Source of the DNA: Scyliorhinus canicula
Taxonomy: Eukaryota
DNA: 64,000 nucleotides
Assembly (NCBI RefSeq): GCF_902713615.1
Contig: NW_024055477.1
Span: 1 to 64,000, forward strand
Direction of reading: 5' to 3'
The translations under genes were made by a program, and so were the position numbers. Each line of letters opens with the position of its first letter. Position 1 is the first letter of the stretch. Under the pieces are notes generated by a model. It had not been told where the DNA came from. It worked only from the letters and a program-made list of their open reading frames with translations, and ran no database searches. Positions 1-14,239 of this stretch are shown here, piece by piece.

Positions 1-379
1 CCCGGCGCAGAGCTGAGGCTGTATCTAATGTAATACAAACAGAGAAAGGTTTAAATTACTAGAAACAGAGTCAGGTTCTAGTTAATGTAAAGAGAGACAA
101 ACAGGGTCCCTAAGTCCAAAACATGGAGGAGCAGAATTAAGCCATTCAACACATCGCGACTGCTCCGCCATTAAATCATGGCCAATATGTTCCTAATCCC
201 CATTCTCCTGCCTTCTCCCAATAACTCCTGAATGCCTCGTTGATCAACATGTCCTCTATATTTGTGGCCTAGTTTAATATGAACAAAGATAAATAGGCCC
301 TTATTTAATATAACTGACAAAGGTACAAGGTAGTATAACATAAACAGAGACGGGCTCACGGCCTGGTACAAAACAGCGC

Positions 380-990
380 AGGGCCTAGTGTCCCTTCAAA
401 TACTAGCAGGACAGGGGCATCACAGGTTGGAGACAAGAGAACTCCCTCACACTGTCCCCATCAAACATTCTCAGAGCAGCTGCAGATTGGTTAGATATAG
501 AATGAAATTCCCTCTACATAACTCGCTCAAACACATTAAAGGGCCGAAAAACCAAAGGTTCTATACTCATGTAAAACCTCTTCTGCCCTCTTCCTTCAGA
601 GATCTCCCAAGACAGGTTGACAGTGGGGGTTAGTTACAGGGTAAGACACTCTGCATTTCCCATCAAACCCACCCAGGTCAGGTACAGCACAGTTCAGATA
701 CGGAGTAATCTCCCTATGTACAGTCATATCAAACACACACAGGGCAGGTTCAGTGCAGGTTACATGCAAGGTAAACTTGCTCTACACTCTTCAGTCAAAT
801 GCTCCAAGGTCTCGGCAGCTGGATAAAGTGCAAGGAAAGATTCTTCTGCCCTCCACATCAAATCCTCAACCACCACGTGCAGCCCAGATCAGATATAGAG
901 GAAACTTGTCTCTACAGTTCTCATTAAATACCCCAAGATCATTGCAATACTCCAATCTCATTTAGCATAAAACTCCCTCGCCGGATTCCA
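380..990. repeat. Degenerate ~70-bp satellite (cactgtccccatcaaacactcccagggcaggtacagcac...gttagata...) typical of shark genomes
   Basis: The motifs atcaaacac/att, caggtacagcac, gttagata and tccctcta recur several times; a related tract lies at 13690-14100. Confidence 0.6.
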
Positions 991-1042
991 ATACATTGAT
1001 TCGGTGCATTAGTTGGAGCCAACGGGGTGAGTTCAGGCTGAG

Positions 1043-1176
1043 AGGGCTGGTTTAGCTCAGTGGGCTAGACAGCTGGTTTGTGATGCAGAACAAGACCAGC
1101 AGCGCGCGTTCAATTCCTGTTCCAGCTTACCCGGAACAAGCGCCAGAATGTGGCGACATGGGGCTTTTCACAGTAA
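1043..1176 (+). mobile_element. tRNA-head SINE, family A (ggggctggtttagctca...), 3'-truncated
   Basis: Same head and body as the copies at 5641, 9018, 17855, 19827, 21821 and 51369. Confidence 0.8.
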
Positions 1177-2380
1177 AATTGTTATTATTGTTGCCACATG
1201 TCGATTAAAGACAATGACCCTTCGTGGAGAGACATGAGATAGAACCAGATATGAGAAAGATATAGAGAGAGATGAGGATACAGGAAAATTCTACGAACAC
1301 ACTTGCATGCTCTTATATTTAGAGATTAGAGGGGATCTTTCCTAATTATGAACATGGATATCATAATGACATTTTTCTCATATACTGATTCATAAAAAAA
1401 TGTCGAAAAAATAAACACTACTGGAATCCGTTGATCTATTTCCATCTTTGGCTCTATTTTGTGCTGTGTTGTGGGGAAACATTTGTTTTGCTTTCTCAGT
1501 CCGCAATCTAATCTGGGACTTCTATTTATGAGTGTTATTTACATAAACACTTCACTGGTCACAATGAAATGTTCATGTCAGCAAAACGAGATAAACACAT
1601 TCACATATTGATCAGTTTTACCTCAAAATAGCGGTTTATTTTAGGAATATTGACAGTTGGTTAAAATGAATAGAAACTTCCATTAGGACAGATGTTACTT
1701 AATTGAAATAAAAAAAACTTTAAATTAAGTATTCATTCTGAAAGTTCTGATGCCTCAATTAATAATGCATCTTTAACCAGCTACTTTTCCACTGAATGTT
1801 AATTTGATTGAAATATTAACCGATTTAAAGTAGATAGATTAAAACATCAGGCAGAGGATTGATCTATAGTCACATTAATCTCTGATCAGTCGACATATTA
1901 CAATTTGCATTTTAAAATGTTAACGTTTGGAAAGAGCTTGCTTTTGTAAAACGCTCTACCCGACCTCAGGTCATCCCAACGCCCTTAAAACTCACTGATA
2001 TATTTTGCTGATTTAGTCACTGCTGTAATGTCGGAACAGAGCGGAGAATTTGCGCACAGCAAGCTCCCACAAAACTGAGATGTGATAAGTGACCAGCTAA
2101 TCTGTGATTTTAGTTCAAGAACGGATGTTGGTCCAAGATACTGGGAAAAGCAGCTCTACTCTTTACAATTATGCCTGAAATGTGAATCTGTTCCTCTCTC
2201 TGCTCACTGACCTGCTGAGCAAGCCTTTTGTTTGTTTTTGTTTTACATTTCCGAATCTTGCAGCACTTTGCACAGTTTTTAACATTCATCTCGGAATATA
2301 GCCCTCACTGGCTAAGTCAGCATTAACTGTCCATCCTGAGAAGCCGGATGTGAACCACCTTTTAGATAAGGTGCACTTAG

Positions 2381-5360
2381 AACATAGAACATAGAACTAT
2401 ACAGCGCAGTACAGGCCCTTCGGCCCTTGATGTTGCACCAACATGGAAAAAACTAAAGGCCATCTAACCTGCACTATGCCCTTATCATCCATGTGCTTAT
2501 CCAGTAAACTTTTAAATGCCCTCAATGTTGGCGAGTTCACTACTGTTGTAGGTAGGGCATTCCACGGCCTCACCACTCTTTGCGTAACCCTCTGATCATT
2601 TTGTATGCCTCTATTAAGTCACCCCTTAACCTTCTTCTCTCTAACGAAAACAACCTCAAGTCCATCAGCCATACCAGGCAACATCCTTGTAAATCTCCTC
2701 TGCACCCGTTCCAAAGCTTCCACGTCCTTCCTATAATGAGGCGACCAGAACTGTACGCAATACTCCAAATGCGGCCATACTAGAGTTTTGTACAACTGCA
2801 ACATGACCTCATGGCTCCGGAACTCAATCCCTCTACCAATAAAGGCCATCACACCATAGGCCTTCTTCATAACCCTATCAACCTGGGTGGCAACTTTCAG
2901 GGATCTATGTACATGGACACCGAGATCCCTCTGCTCATCCACACTACCAAGAAATTTACCATTAGCCAAATATTCCTCATTCCTGTTATTCTTTCCAAAG
3001 TGAATCACCTCACACTTCACCACATCAAACTCCATTTGCCACCTCTCAGCCCAGCTCTGCAGCTTATCTATGTCCCTCTGTAACCTGCAACATCCTTCCG
3101 CACTGTCTACAACTCCACCGACTTTAGTGTCGTCTGCAAATTTACTCACCCATCCTTCTGCGCCCTCCTCTAGGTCATTTATAAAATGACAAACAGCAAC
3201 GGCCCCAGAACAGATCCTTGTGGTACGCCACTCGTAACTGAACTCCATTCTGAACATTTCCCATCAACCACCATTCTCTGTCTTCTTTCAACTAGCCAAT
3301 TTCTGATCCACATCTCTAAATCACCCTCAATCTCCAGCCTCCGTATTTTCTGCAATAGCCGACCATGGGGAACCTTATCAAACGCTTTACTGAAATCCAT
3401 ATACACCACATCAACTGCTCTACCCTCGTCCACCTGTTCAGTCACCTTCTCAAAGAACTCGATAAGGTTTGTGAGGCATGACCTACCCTTCACAAAACCA
3501 TGCTGACTATCCCTAATCATATTATTCCTATCTAGATGATTATAAATCGTATCTTTTATAATCCTCTCCAAGACTTTACCCACCACAGACGTTAGGCTCA
3601 CCGGCCTATAGTTACCAGGGTTATCTCTACTCCCCTTCTTGAACAAAGGGACCACATTTGCTATCCTCCAGTCCTCTGGCACTATTCCTGTAGCCAATGA
3701 TGACCTAAAAATCAAAGCCAAGGCTCACCAATCTCTTCCCTGGCTTCCCAGAGAATCCTAGGATAAATCCCACCAGGCCCCGGGGACTTATCTATTTTCA
3801 CCTTGTCCAGAATTGCCAACACTTCTTCCCTACGCACCTCAATGCCATCTATTCTAATAGCCTGGGTCCTCAGCATTCTCCTCCACAATATTATCTTTTT
3901 CCTGAGTGAATACTGACGAAAAGTATTCATTTAGTATCTCGCTTATCTCCTCAGCCTCCACACACAGCTTCCCACCACTGTCCTTGACTGGCCCTACTCC
4001 TACCCTAGTCATTCTTTTATTCCTGACATACCTATAGAAAGCTTTAGGGTTATCCTTGATCCTACCTGCCAAAGACTTCTCATGTCCTCGCTTGGCTCTT
4101 CTTAGCTCTCTCTTTAGATCCTTCCTCGCTTCCCTGTAACTATCAAGCGCCCCAACTGAAACTTCACGCCTCATCTTCACATAGGCCTCCTTTTTCCTCT
4201 TAACAAGAGATTCCACTTCTTTGGTAAACCACGGTTCCCTCGCTCTACCCTTTCCTCCCTGTCTGACTGGTACGTACTGATCAAGAACACGCAATAGCTG
4301 TTCCTTGAACAAGCTCCACATATGCAGTGTGCCCAACCCTTGCAGCCTACTTCTCCAACCTACACATCCTAAGTCATGTCTAATGGCATCATAATTGCCC
4401 TTCCCCCAGCTATAACTCTTGCCCTGCGGGGTATACTTATCCCTTTCCATCACTAATGTAAAGGTCACCGAATTGTGGTCACTGTCTCCAAAGTGTTCAC
4501 CTACCTCCAGATCTAACACCTGGCCTGGTTCATTACCCAAAAGCAAATCCAAAGTGGCCTCACCTTTTGTTGGCCTGTCAACATATTGTGTCAGAAAACC
4601 CTCCTGCACACATTGTACAAAGAACGACCCATCCAATGTACTCGAACTATATATTTTCCAGTCAATATTAGGAAAGTTAACGTCTCCCATAACAACTACC
4701 CTGTTACTTTCGCTCTTTTCCAGAATCATCTTCGCCATCCTTTCCTCTACATCTCTAGAACTATTAGGTGGCCTATAGAAAACTCCCAGCAGTGTGACCT
4801 CTCCTTTCCTGTTTCTAACCTCAGCCCATACTACCTCGGAAGAAGAGTCCCCAACTTGCATCCTTTCTGCCACCGTAATACTGTCCTTGACTAGCAACGC
4901 CACACCTCCCCCTCTTTTGCCCCCTTCTCTGATCTTACTAAAATACCTAAACCCCGGAACCTGCAACAACCATTCCTGTCCCTGCTCTATCCATGTCTCT
5001 GAAATGGCCACAACATCGAAGTCCCAGGTACCAACCCATGCTGCCAGTTCCCCTACCTTATTTCGTATACTCCTGGCATTGAAATAGACACACTTCAAAC
5101 CACCGACCTGAACACTAGCGCCCTCCTGCGAAGTCAAATCTGTGCTCCTGACCTCTCTACTCTCAATCACCCGTACCCCAAAACTACAATCCAAATTCCC
5201 ATGCCCTTGCTGAATTAGTTTAAACCCCCCCCAAAGAGTACTAACAAATCTTCCCCCCTTAGGTTCAGATGTAGACCATCCTGTCTATAGAGGTCCCACC
5301 TTCCCCAGAAAGAGCCCCAGTTATCCAGAAATCTGAATCCCTCCCGCCTGCACCATCCCG
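2381..5360 (-). mobile_element. CR1/HER1-like LINE, 5'-truncated and frameshifted (end of ORF1, APE endonuclease, reverse transcriptase)
   Basis: ORF 3854-5194 has APE motifs (YFNARSIRNK, ISETW, YRPPN, MGDVNFP, SDHNSV). ORFs 3179-3721 and 2619-3257 have RT motifs ([34 protein letters not shown]) in shifted frames. The (ttctatg)n 3' tail is at ~2381-2400. Confidence 0.93.
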
Positions 5361-5640
5361 GTTGAATTCACATCTGACTTTCTGTGGCAGCAGACCTTGA
5401 ACTGATTGGCCTGCTCGGCAATATCAGAGATAGTTAAGCGTCAACCACATCACTGCTGAACTAGTCACCTATAGGCCAGACAGGGTAAGCAGGGAAGATT
5501 TCTTCTCCTGAAGGATATTGGTGAACCTGCTGGGCTTTGAGAAATTTCGCTAGCTTCATGAGTATTATGAATGACGCAACAATTTTATTTCTGATTTATT
5601 AATTCATTCAATTGAAAGTCCCCCAGCTGCCATAAAACCA

Positions 5641-5820
5641 GCGGCTGGTTTAGCTCACTGGGCTAATTCGCTGCTTTTTAAAGCAGACCAAGCAGGCCAG
5701 CAGCATGGTTCGATTCCCGTACCAGTCTCCCCGGCCAGGTGTCGGAGTGTGGCGACTAGGGGCTTTTCACATTAACCTCATTGAAGCCTAGTCGTGACAA
5801 TAAGCAATTTTCATTTTCAA
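5641..5820 (+). mobile_element. SINE family A
   Basis: gctggtttagctcactggg head, ggttcgattcc B-box and (tttca)n tail. Confidence 0.85.
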
Positions 5821-6460
5821 ACCATATGGTGTAGGAGCAGAAGGTGGCCATTCGGCCCATGGAATATGATCTGCCATTCAATGAGATCGTGGCTGATCTA
5901 ATAAATCCTCAACTCCACTTTTCCGCCTTATCCCCATAATCCTTGATTCCCTGACTAATGAAAAATCTGTCTGTCACAGTCTTGGACATATTTATTGACC
6001 CGGCCTCTCCAATTCTCTGCACCATAGAATTACTCCCCTCTGAGAGACGAAATTCCTCTTCATCCACGTCTGAAATGAGCGACACCTTACTCTGAGATGG
6101 TACCCTACAGTCCCAGACTCTCCCACAAGCAGAAACAACCTCGAGCATCCACACTGTCAAGCTCCTTGAAAATACTACATATCTCAGTAAGTTCGCCTCT
6201 CATTGTTCAAAACACCAATGCGTGTAGGTCTTCCCAATTTAGACTCTCCTCATGTCAGTCTCTGTGGTGAAATTGGTCAACGTTTTTCGCTGCAAACCGA
6301 GAGGTTTGTGTTTCAAGACTTTCCACGGCCGGATTCCTCTCTATTTGATGACAGGCGCAGTAACGATGTGCCGAAGAACCTCTTTATGTGCTGTGAAATT
6401 CCAGCTACCAATTAAAATCCATCCACACCCGAGATTAACCTAATGAACCTTCTCTGGACT
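5820..6460 (-). mobile_element. CR1 LINE 3' fragment
   Basis: Reverse strand encodes the RT C-terminal and 3' UTR motifs (FRxEMKRNF, GIKDYGDKAEKWS) and ends in the ggagcagaa...ggccattcggccc tail. Confidence 0.75.
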
Positions 6461-6883
6461 GCCTCCAAAATATCTATCCTGAGGGAAGGAGACCAAAACT
6501 GCTCACATCATTGCAATATGCCCTGGTGGAATTTGTATTCGAGTCTCTGGATTAATAGTTTATGCCTCCAGATTACCAGTCCAGTAATATATTGCGAAGC
6601 ACCCCTAGGACTGTAATATCACCACATCTAAAAGATGGAGCAACTGAAACATAAAATACTCCTGCATTGGATCACATCTGGGTCATGGGCTCAGGTATCT
6701 GTTGTGAGAAGTGATATTGATTCCACTGAGACAAGACTGTTAACCTATCATGGTTTGCATGTTGACATTACATTCTGAAATATTGCTCAGTGTATCTAAA
6801 GTTCTTATTCTGGGTGCAGCCTTACATGGGTCAATTTAATTTTCAGAGGCTAGTCTTTTCTTCGTCTTGTGTCTTATTCTTGT

Positions 6884-7104
6884 TATAAATTTAGAGTACC
6901 CAATTAATTTTTTCCAAATCAAGGGGCAATTTAGCGCAGCCAATCCACCTACCCTGTACATCTTCGGGTTTTGGGGGTGAAAGCCACGCAGACACGGGGA
7001 GGATGTGCAAACTTCACGCAGTCAGGGACCGAGAGTCGGGATCGAACCTGGTACCTCGGCACCGTGAGGCAGCAGTGCGAACAACTGCATGACCATGCTG
7101 CCCC
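6884..7104 (-). mobile_element. HE1-like SINE, family B
   Basis: Reverse strand gggcagcatggtc... tRNA-like head, ggttcgatccc B-box, and the body shared with the other family B copies. Confidence 0.8.
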
Positions 7105-7449
7105 GTCTTGTGTCTAATTCGGACACGATGGTAATGGTGAGCGGTAATTCCACTGGCTCCATATAAAATGTCAGTAATTCCAAAAATAGCATCTGAACAC
7201 AAGCAAGGCAGAAACATATATACAACTGGGTCTTCACACTGCATGAGCTGCACGGTCACATTGGTTGGAAGCTCGGATTGTTTTCCTTCGAACCGAGCAG
7301 TTTTTGGGAGGCGTGGTAAAAATGGTCAAAATTATGAATGGCTTTGTTTGATTAATTAGGAAGAAAGTTGATTCACTGGCAGGAGGGTCAGAAATCAGAA
7401 GACACTAATTTATGAAATATTAATTTCCCCCTCATTATAAACCTATCGA

Positions 7450-7810
7450 ATTGTAAAAGGACTGGACAGGGAAGATGCAGAAAGGATGTGTCCGATGGCG
7501 GGGAAGGTAGAACCAGGGGTCACAATCTAAGGATACGGGGTAAACCATTTAATACTGAGATGAGGAGTAATATCTTCACCCTGGGAGTTGTGAACTTGTT
7601 GAATTCTCTACCACAGAACGAAGTTGACTCCAAAGTATTGTATGTTTTCAAGGAGGAGTTAGATAAAACTCTTGGGGAACAAAACTCTGAAGGGACCAAA
7701 TGATATGGAGGAAAGTGGGAACAGGTTACTAAGGTGGATGATCAGCCATGATCATAATGAATAGCGGAGCAGGCTCGAAGGGCATAATGGTCTACTCCTG
7801 CTCTACTTTC
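7450..7810 (+). mobile_element. CR1 LINE 3' fragment
   Basis: RTRGHNLRIRGKPFNTEMRSNIFT...VVNLLNSLPQ, followed by the CR1 3' UTR. Confidence 0.8.
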
Positions 7811-8809
7811 TCTGGCACTGTATTACATCAAATCTGTTTATTCTCATGTTAAATGAGACTCTGTCTTTATTTCTATTAAAGTAGCCCCTGTCCCTGTCTA
7901 TACCACACTGTACTGTTTGTGCTGCACTCAATTAAGAATACGCTAGAACATACATAGGATTAGATCACATTAAGTTCCGCCTCTTCTATATTCCACACGA
8001 ATTTGCATCTTCACATCACGCCAAGGCCTGTCTCTGTTGATATTAACCGGACCATGTTCCTGTTACCTGTCTCGATATTATAAATTATTGGGCATGTTTG
8101 CTTGTTTCTCCAAGTACAATCATCGTTGATTTTGAGATTATGTTAATTCATGTTAATATCTATAAGTAGTTGTATTAAATGTGTATTTGCTTTGCTATCA
8201 TGTGGGCAATATTGAGTTGAATATTTTACCAACATCCCAGTAATGAATTGATCTTGTGAGACATGTCTACATGTGAACACCGGTGCACTGCAATTCCCAA
8301 AATTTCATGGAAATCTCTGTTTTGTTCAAAATGATGAATTTACTCTTGTGTTATACTCTATCGAATGGAAAGTTTTTTTTCATGATGGTGATTATTTTCC
8401 TGCCTCGATTTATATTAACCGATCATCTGTGCACTGGCAGAGTTAGACAGAACCGTGTTCTCACAGTATCGCCACGATGGTAATGGTGGGCACCCATAGG
8501 AGAAATGTCCACCCAATCATAAAACACTCATCTGGTTAAGAAGAGCAACTAAAATCGTTGCAAAAGCGTATTAGCCGTTAGTGTAGGTATGCATATGAAA
8601 CATTTTTCTTAATTTTTGCAACTCCAAACGATCAAGGCGTATTGTTATCTTCAGAATTATTTGGTTGATTTTGCGATATCTTCATATGTCTCGGTCCTCA
8701 GCTCTGGTATTCATTCCCTACACCTCGTTACCTCAATTCCCTTATTAAAATCATCCCATAACCGGCCTCATCAACCACATTTTTAACCATCTGGCCTAAT
8801 AACTCTGTA

Positions 8810-9012
8810 CACGTATATTAATCCAGACCTTGACCAGGAATGACTGCAATAGACCCTGCCTTAGTTTATAATATTCTAGATACTGTATCAATAATCACTG
8901 CTTTAGATCCTATCTCATTTAAGTTAATGAAACTTTGTATCGGTAATCGCTGCACTAGAACATGTCTCGGTTTATGTTAATCTATACCCTGTATCAGTAA
9001 TCACTGCACGGG
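8810..9012. repeat. Degenerate ~50-bp tandem repeat (ccctgtatcagtaatcactgcactaga...ctcagtttatattaatctaga)
   Basis: About 4 degenerate units; the same family recurs at 14240-14600 and 14940-15010. Confidence 0.6.
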
Positions 9013-9017
9013 ATCCA

Positions 9018-9205
9018 GGGGCTGGTTTAGCTCACTGGGCTAAATCGCTAGCTTTTGAAGCAGACCAAGTAGGCCAGCAGCACGGTTCGATTCCCGTGCC
9101 AGCCTCCCCAGACAGGCGCCGGAATGTGGCGACTCGGGGCTTTTCACAGTAACTTCATTGAAGCCTACTCGTGATAATAACCGATTTTCATTTCATTTCA
9201 TTTCA
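9018..9205 (+). mobile_element. SINE family A
   Basis: Near full-length copy with (tttca)n tail. Confidence 0.88.
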
Positions 9206-9235
9206 ATCTCAATTTAGGTTAACCTACACCCTGTA

Positions 9236-10562
9236 CCCCTGAAGGATAGGATCTATTCACATTTGGAAGAAAATAGACTTATCAGTGACAGGTAGCATGG
9301 TTTTGTGCAGGGAAGGTCATGTCTTACAAACCTAATAGAATTCTTTGAGGAAGTGACAAAGTTAATTAATGAGGGAAGGGCTGTAGATGTCATATACAGG
9401 GACGTCAGTAAGGCGTTTGATAAAGTTTCCCATGGCAGGTTGATGGAAAAAGTGAAGTATGGTGTTCAGGGTGTACTAACTAGATGGATAAAGAACTGGC
9501 TGGGCAACAGGAGACAGAGAGCAGCGTTGGAAGGGAATGTCTCAAAATGGAGAACGGTGACGAGTGGTGTTCCACAGGGATCCGTGCTCAGACCACTGTT
9601 GTTTTTGATACACATAAATGATCTGGACGAAGGTATAGGTGGTGATGAGCATGTTTGCAGATGATACTAAGATTGGTGGAGTTGCAGATAGCGAGGAGGA
9701 CTGTCAGAGAATACAGCAAAATATTGATAGATTGGAGAGTTGGGCAGAGAATTGGCAGATCGAGTTCAATCCAGGAAAATGCGAGGTGATGCATTTTGGA
9801 AGATCTAATTCAAGAGCGGACTATATGGTAAATGGAAGAGTCCTGGGGAAAATTGATGTACAGAGAGATCTGGGAGTTCAGGTCCATTGTACCCTGAATA
9901 TGGCAACGCAGGTCAATAGAGTGGTCAAGAAGGCATACAGCATGCTTGCCTTCATCCGACGGGGTATTGAGTACAAGAGTCGGCAGGTCATGTTACAGTT
10001 GTATAGGACTTTGGTGAGGCCACAATTGGAATACTGCATGCAGTTCTGGTCGCCACATTACCAGAAGGGTGTGGACGCTTTAGAGAGGGTGCAGAGGAGG
10101 TTCACCGGGATGTTGCTTGGTATGGAGGGTACAAGCTATGAAGATAGGTTGAGTAGATTAGGATTGTTTTCGTTGGAAAGACGGAGGTTGAGGGGGGACC
10201 GGATTGAGGTCTACAAAATTATGAGAGGTATGGACAGGGTGAATAGCAACACGCTTTTTCCAAGAGTGGGGGTGTCAATTACAAGGGGTCACGATTTCAA
10301 GGTGAGAGGGGGAAAGTTTAAGGGAGATGTGCGTGGAAAGTTTTTTACGCAGAGGGTGCCTGGAATGCTTTGCCAGCGGAGGTGGTCGAGGCGGGCACTT
10401 TAGCATCATTTAAGATGCATCTGGACAGATATATGAACGTGCGGGGAACGGAGGGAAGTAGATCCTTGGAAAATAGGCGACAGGTTTAGATAAAGGATCC
10501 GGATCGGCGCAGGCTGGGAGGGCCGAAGGGCCTGTTCCTGTGCTGTAATTTTCTTTGTTCTT
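9236..10562 (+). mobile_element. CR1 LINE 3' portion (RT C-half plus 3' UTR)
   Basis: ORFs 9305-9664 ([17 protein letters not shown]) and 9639-10403 (FADDTK, LEYCMQFWSPHY), with a (ttctttg)n tail. Confidence 0.92.
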
Positions 10563-10715
10563 TGTATTAGTGATCATTGCTTTAGACTCTGTCATAGGGT
10601 CATGGAGTCTGAGAGTTTTACAGTATAGAAAGATGCCCTTCCACCGATCATTTCTGCGACGACAATCAAACACCTATCTATTCTAAGATTGTCCATAGAT
10701 GGTCTTCCTACCATA

Positions 10716-12540
10716 AAATCATAAAACATAGGAGCAGAACCCGTCCTTTTAGTCCATCGAGTCTGCTCCACATTGAATCATGACTGTTATGTTTCTAATC
10801 CTCATTCTCCCGCCTTCTCCCCATAATCCCTGGTCCCGTAATTAATCAATAATCTGTCTGCCTCTATCTTATAGACCCTCAGTGATTTGGCCTCCACAGC
10901 CTTCTGCGGGAATGAGTTCCACAGATTCAAGACCCCCTGGTTGAATAAAGTTATCCTCTTCTCAGTTGTGAAGGATTGTCCCTTAAATCTGAAGCTGTGC
11001 CCTCGGGTTCTCGTTTCACCTACTAGGCCTCTCACTATTCTGAAAGTTTCAATGTGACCCCACCCCCACACACCGCCCCGCGGCCCACTCTGCTCACGAC
11101 GCCTCATCCTTCTAAACTCTATCCAGCACAGACCCAGAGTCCTCAACCGCTCCTCATATGACAAGTCCGTCATTCCGAGGATCAGTCTTGTGAATCTCCT
11201 CTGGAGCTTCTCCAAGGCCAGCACGTTGTTTCTTAGATAAGGCGACCAAAACTGCTCACAATATTCCAAATGGGGTCTGACCAGAGTCTTATAGAGCGTC
11301 AACAGTTACATCCCTGCTCTTGTAATCTAGCCCTCGCGACATGAATGCTAACATTGCATTTGTCTTCCCAGCTGCCAACTGAACTTGCATGTTAACCTTA
11401 AGAGAATCGTCAACTAGAATTCCTAAGTGCATTTGAGCTTCTGATTTCCTACGCCCTACTCCAATTAGAAAATACTCTATGTTTCCTCCAAAATGCAGAA
11501 CTTTACACTTTTCTACATTGTATTCCATCTTCCACTGCTTTGCACACTCTCTTAGCCTGACCAGGTCTTTCTGCAGCCTCTCTGCTTCCTCAGCACAATC
11601 TGTCCCTCTACGTATCTGAGCATCATCTGAAAACGTAGCATTAGTGCCCTCAGTTCAAAGGTAATAATAAAATCTTTATTAGCTTTTACATTACATCAGC
11701 CTTTAAAGGCTTCCGTATCCTCTGGCATCCCAGTAATCTTCTCCACATTGCATCCTTTGCTTTTATGCTGTCCTTGACTTCCCTTGTCAACCATGGATGC
11801 TCTGTCCTCCCCTCAGCATGGTTTCTCCTCTTTGGGATTAATTTTTGCAGTGCCTCGCGAATAATCCCCAAAACGTCCTGCCACTGCTGTTCCACTGTCT
11901 CCCTGCTCGGCTCCCTGTCCAATCAAATCTGGCCAGCTCCTCCCTTTATCTTTGTAGTTACCTTTATTCAATTGTAATACCGTTACATGTCATTACAGCT
12001 TCTACCTCCCAAACTGCAGGGTGAATTATATCATATTGTGGTCATTGCCCGTGAGTGTTCCTTCATCTTAAGTTCCCTACTCAAGTCTCATTATACATCA
12101 CCAAATGCAGAACTACCTGTTCACGACTGGGATCTATCACAAGCTGCTCCAAAAAAAACATCTCGTCAGTATTTCACAAAATTCCTTTTCTTGGGATCTG
12201 CTACCAAACTGACTTTCCCTGTCCTCCTCCATATTGAAGTCCCCCATGATTATTATAATATTTCCTCTCTTATGTGCCTTTTCAATCTGCTGATTGATAT
12301 TGTGCCCCACATTCTGACTACGGCTAGGGGGCTGTACGTACCTCTCATCAGGGTCTTTTTTCCTTTGAGATTCGTCAACTCTGCCCACAGGGATTCTACA
12401 CTTTCGGACACTAAATTGCTTCTTGCTATCGAGTTAATTTCATTCCTTACTCGCAATGCAACCCCGCCCCCTTTGTCCATGCATGCCAATTTCAATGTGT
12501 GCAATGAGTTCATTTACCTTGTTCCGTATACTGCCCACAT
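10716..12540 (-). mobile_element. Composite decayed CR1 LINE (RT 3' end joined to endonuclease remnant)
   Basis: ORFs 10802-11302 and 11289-11528 are RT C-terminal; 12137-12513 has GGGVAL and IIMGDFN endonuclease motifs. Confidence 0.8.
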
Positions 12541-12899
12541 TTAGGTACAATACCCTCCGTTCTGCGTTGACCATCCCTTCTCATCGTTGTCCCTTTTTCT
12601 GCTGTGCCTGAAGTTGCATACACACCTCTATCCATACTCCCTACTCTAGCACGTGTTCAGGAAACTTTACTAACCTCCCCTAAGCCCTCGGCCCGTTTCA
12701 CTCGGTTAATGTCCTGATCATTACCCTGCACTCTCACCTTCTCTTTTAACTTTGGTTTTCTAATTTTTCATACAACCGACCGCCCTCCCCCCAATATTTC
12801 GTTTCAATGCATCACTTCTCAGCATTGAATTGTATCTGCCACCTCTCTACCTGTGAACATGAAAAAGCCAGTGACCTGTTGCAGCCTAGGCTGGACGCA

Positions 12900-13381
12900 T
12901 CCTTGTTACAACACCAGGGACGGCGGGACTGTCATATGAGGAGAGATTGACTACGTTAGGAATGTTCTCGATGGAGTTCAGAAGAATGAGTGGGGATCTC
13001 ATAGAGACATATAAAATTCCCGCAGGACGAGACAGTGTAGATGCAGGGAAGATGTTCCCGATGATGGGTGTGTCCAGAACCAGGGGTCACTGCCTGAGGA
13101 TTCAGAATTCATTTCGGACAGAGATAAGGAGACATTTCGTCACCCAAAGAGTGGTGAGCCTGTGGAATTTATTAGCACAGGAAATAGTTGATTCTAAAAC
13201 ATTGAATATGTTCAAGAGGCGGCTGGATATATCACTTGGGGAGAATGGGATCAAAGGCTGTGGGGAGAAAGCAGGATTAGGATATTGAGTTGGATGATCA
13301 GCCATGATCGTGACAAATGGCGGAGCAGGCTCGAAGGGCCAAAAGGCCTCCTCCTCCGAACTTCTATGTATCTATGTATGT
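12900..13381 (+). mobile_element. CR1 LINE 3' fragment
   Basis: ORF 12947-13288 (GDLIETYKI, RTRGH, VVSLWNLL), 3' UTR and (tatgta)n tail. Confidence 0.85.
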
Positions 13382-13689
13382 AATCCTCTTCCCTGTTTAC
13401 TACATTGTCAATTTGGGAGACACACGAAACAGTTCAATTGATATCCTGTGAACCCGAGCCCCGAGTCCTGTCTATTAATATATAACAGAAAAAGCAGTGC
13501 TGCTAATATTACCCACTGGAGAATAACACTGTACCCCACCCAATCTGAAACAATTGTTAAGAACTGCCCCTTAGTCACTGTTGTGCACATTCTGCTCCTG
13601 CCCCTTTAACCACCTAAGCATCAATTTTCCCCACTTTTCATATATGACACAGACATTAAGATATTTGTCCCAGACCTTTCCATTCCTCG

Positions 13690-14100
13690 TGTCCCATCAG
13701 AATTCCAAGGACAGCTTCAGTAACGCTTTGCTTGTCTAAACTATTCCGTCTAATTCTCGCAGGCCAGGTACAGTACGGGGTTGCATACAGAGCAAAGCTT
13801 CCTGCACACTGAACCAGCAAACACTCTCAGGCCAAATGCATCACAGGATCAGATAAAGACGAAAGCTTCCTGAAACCTGTCCCATTATACACTCCCAGGG
13901 CCCCAACAGTAAACATTTAGTTACTGAGTAAACTTCCCTTAACAATTTCTCCTCAAATACTCGAAGGACAGGTACAGTACAGAGCAAAGCCCCCTCCACA
14001 ACATCCGCCAACTAACATGTGAAGGACAGGTAAAACACATGTGAGGAACAGAGTAAATTTGCCGTACCATCAGATACTTGCAGAGCAGGAAAAACGCAGG
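13690..14100. repeat. Degenerate ~70-bp shark satellite, second tract
   Basis: Same motifs as 380-990 (caggtacagta, agagcaaagc, aaacactc). Confidence 0.55.
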
Positions 14101-14239
14101 GTATGTGGAGAGTTAAATTCCTGATACTCCGTCCCATTAATCGGTATGAAACAGGAATTATTTGTGCAGGGGTTTGGTGTGAAAATGTCCACACACACGC
14201 ACAAACACTCAGAAAAAAACGGACGTGTCTTAATGTATA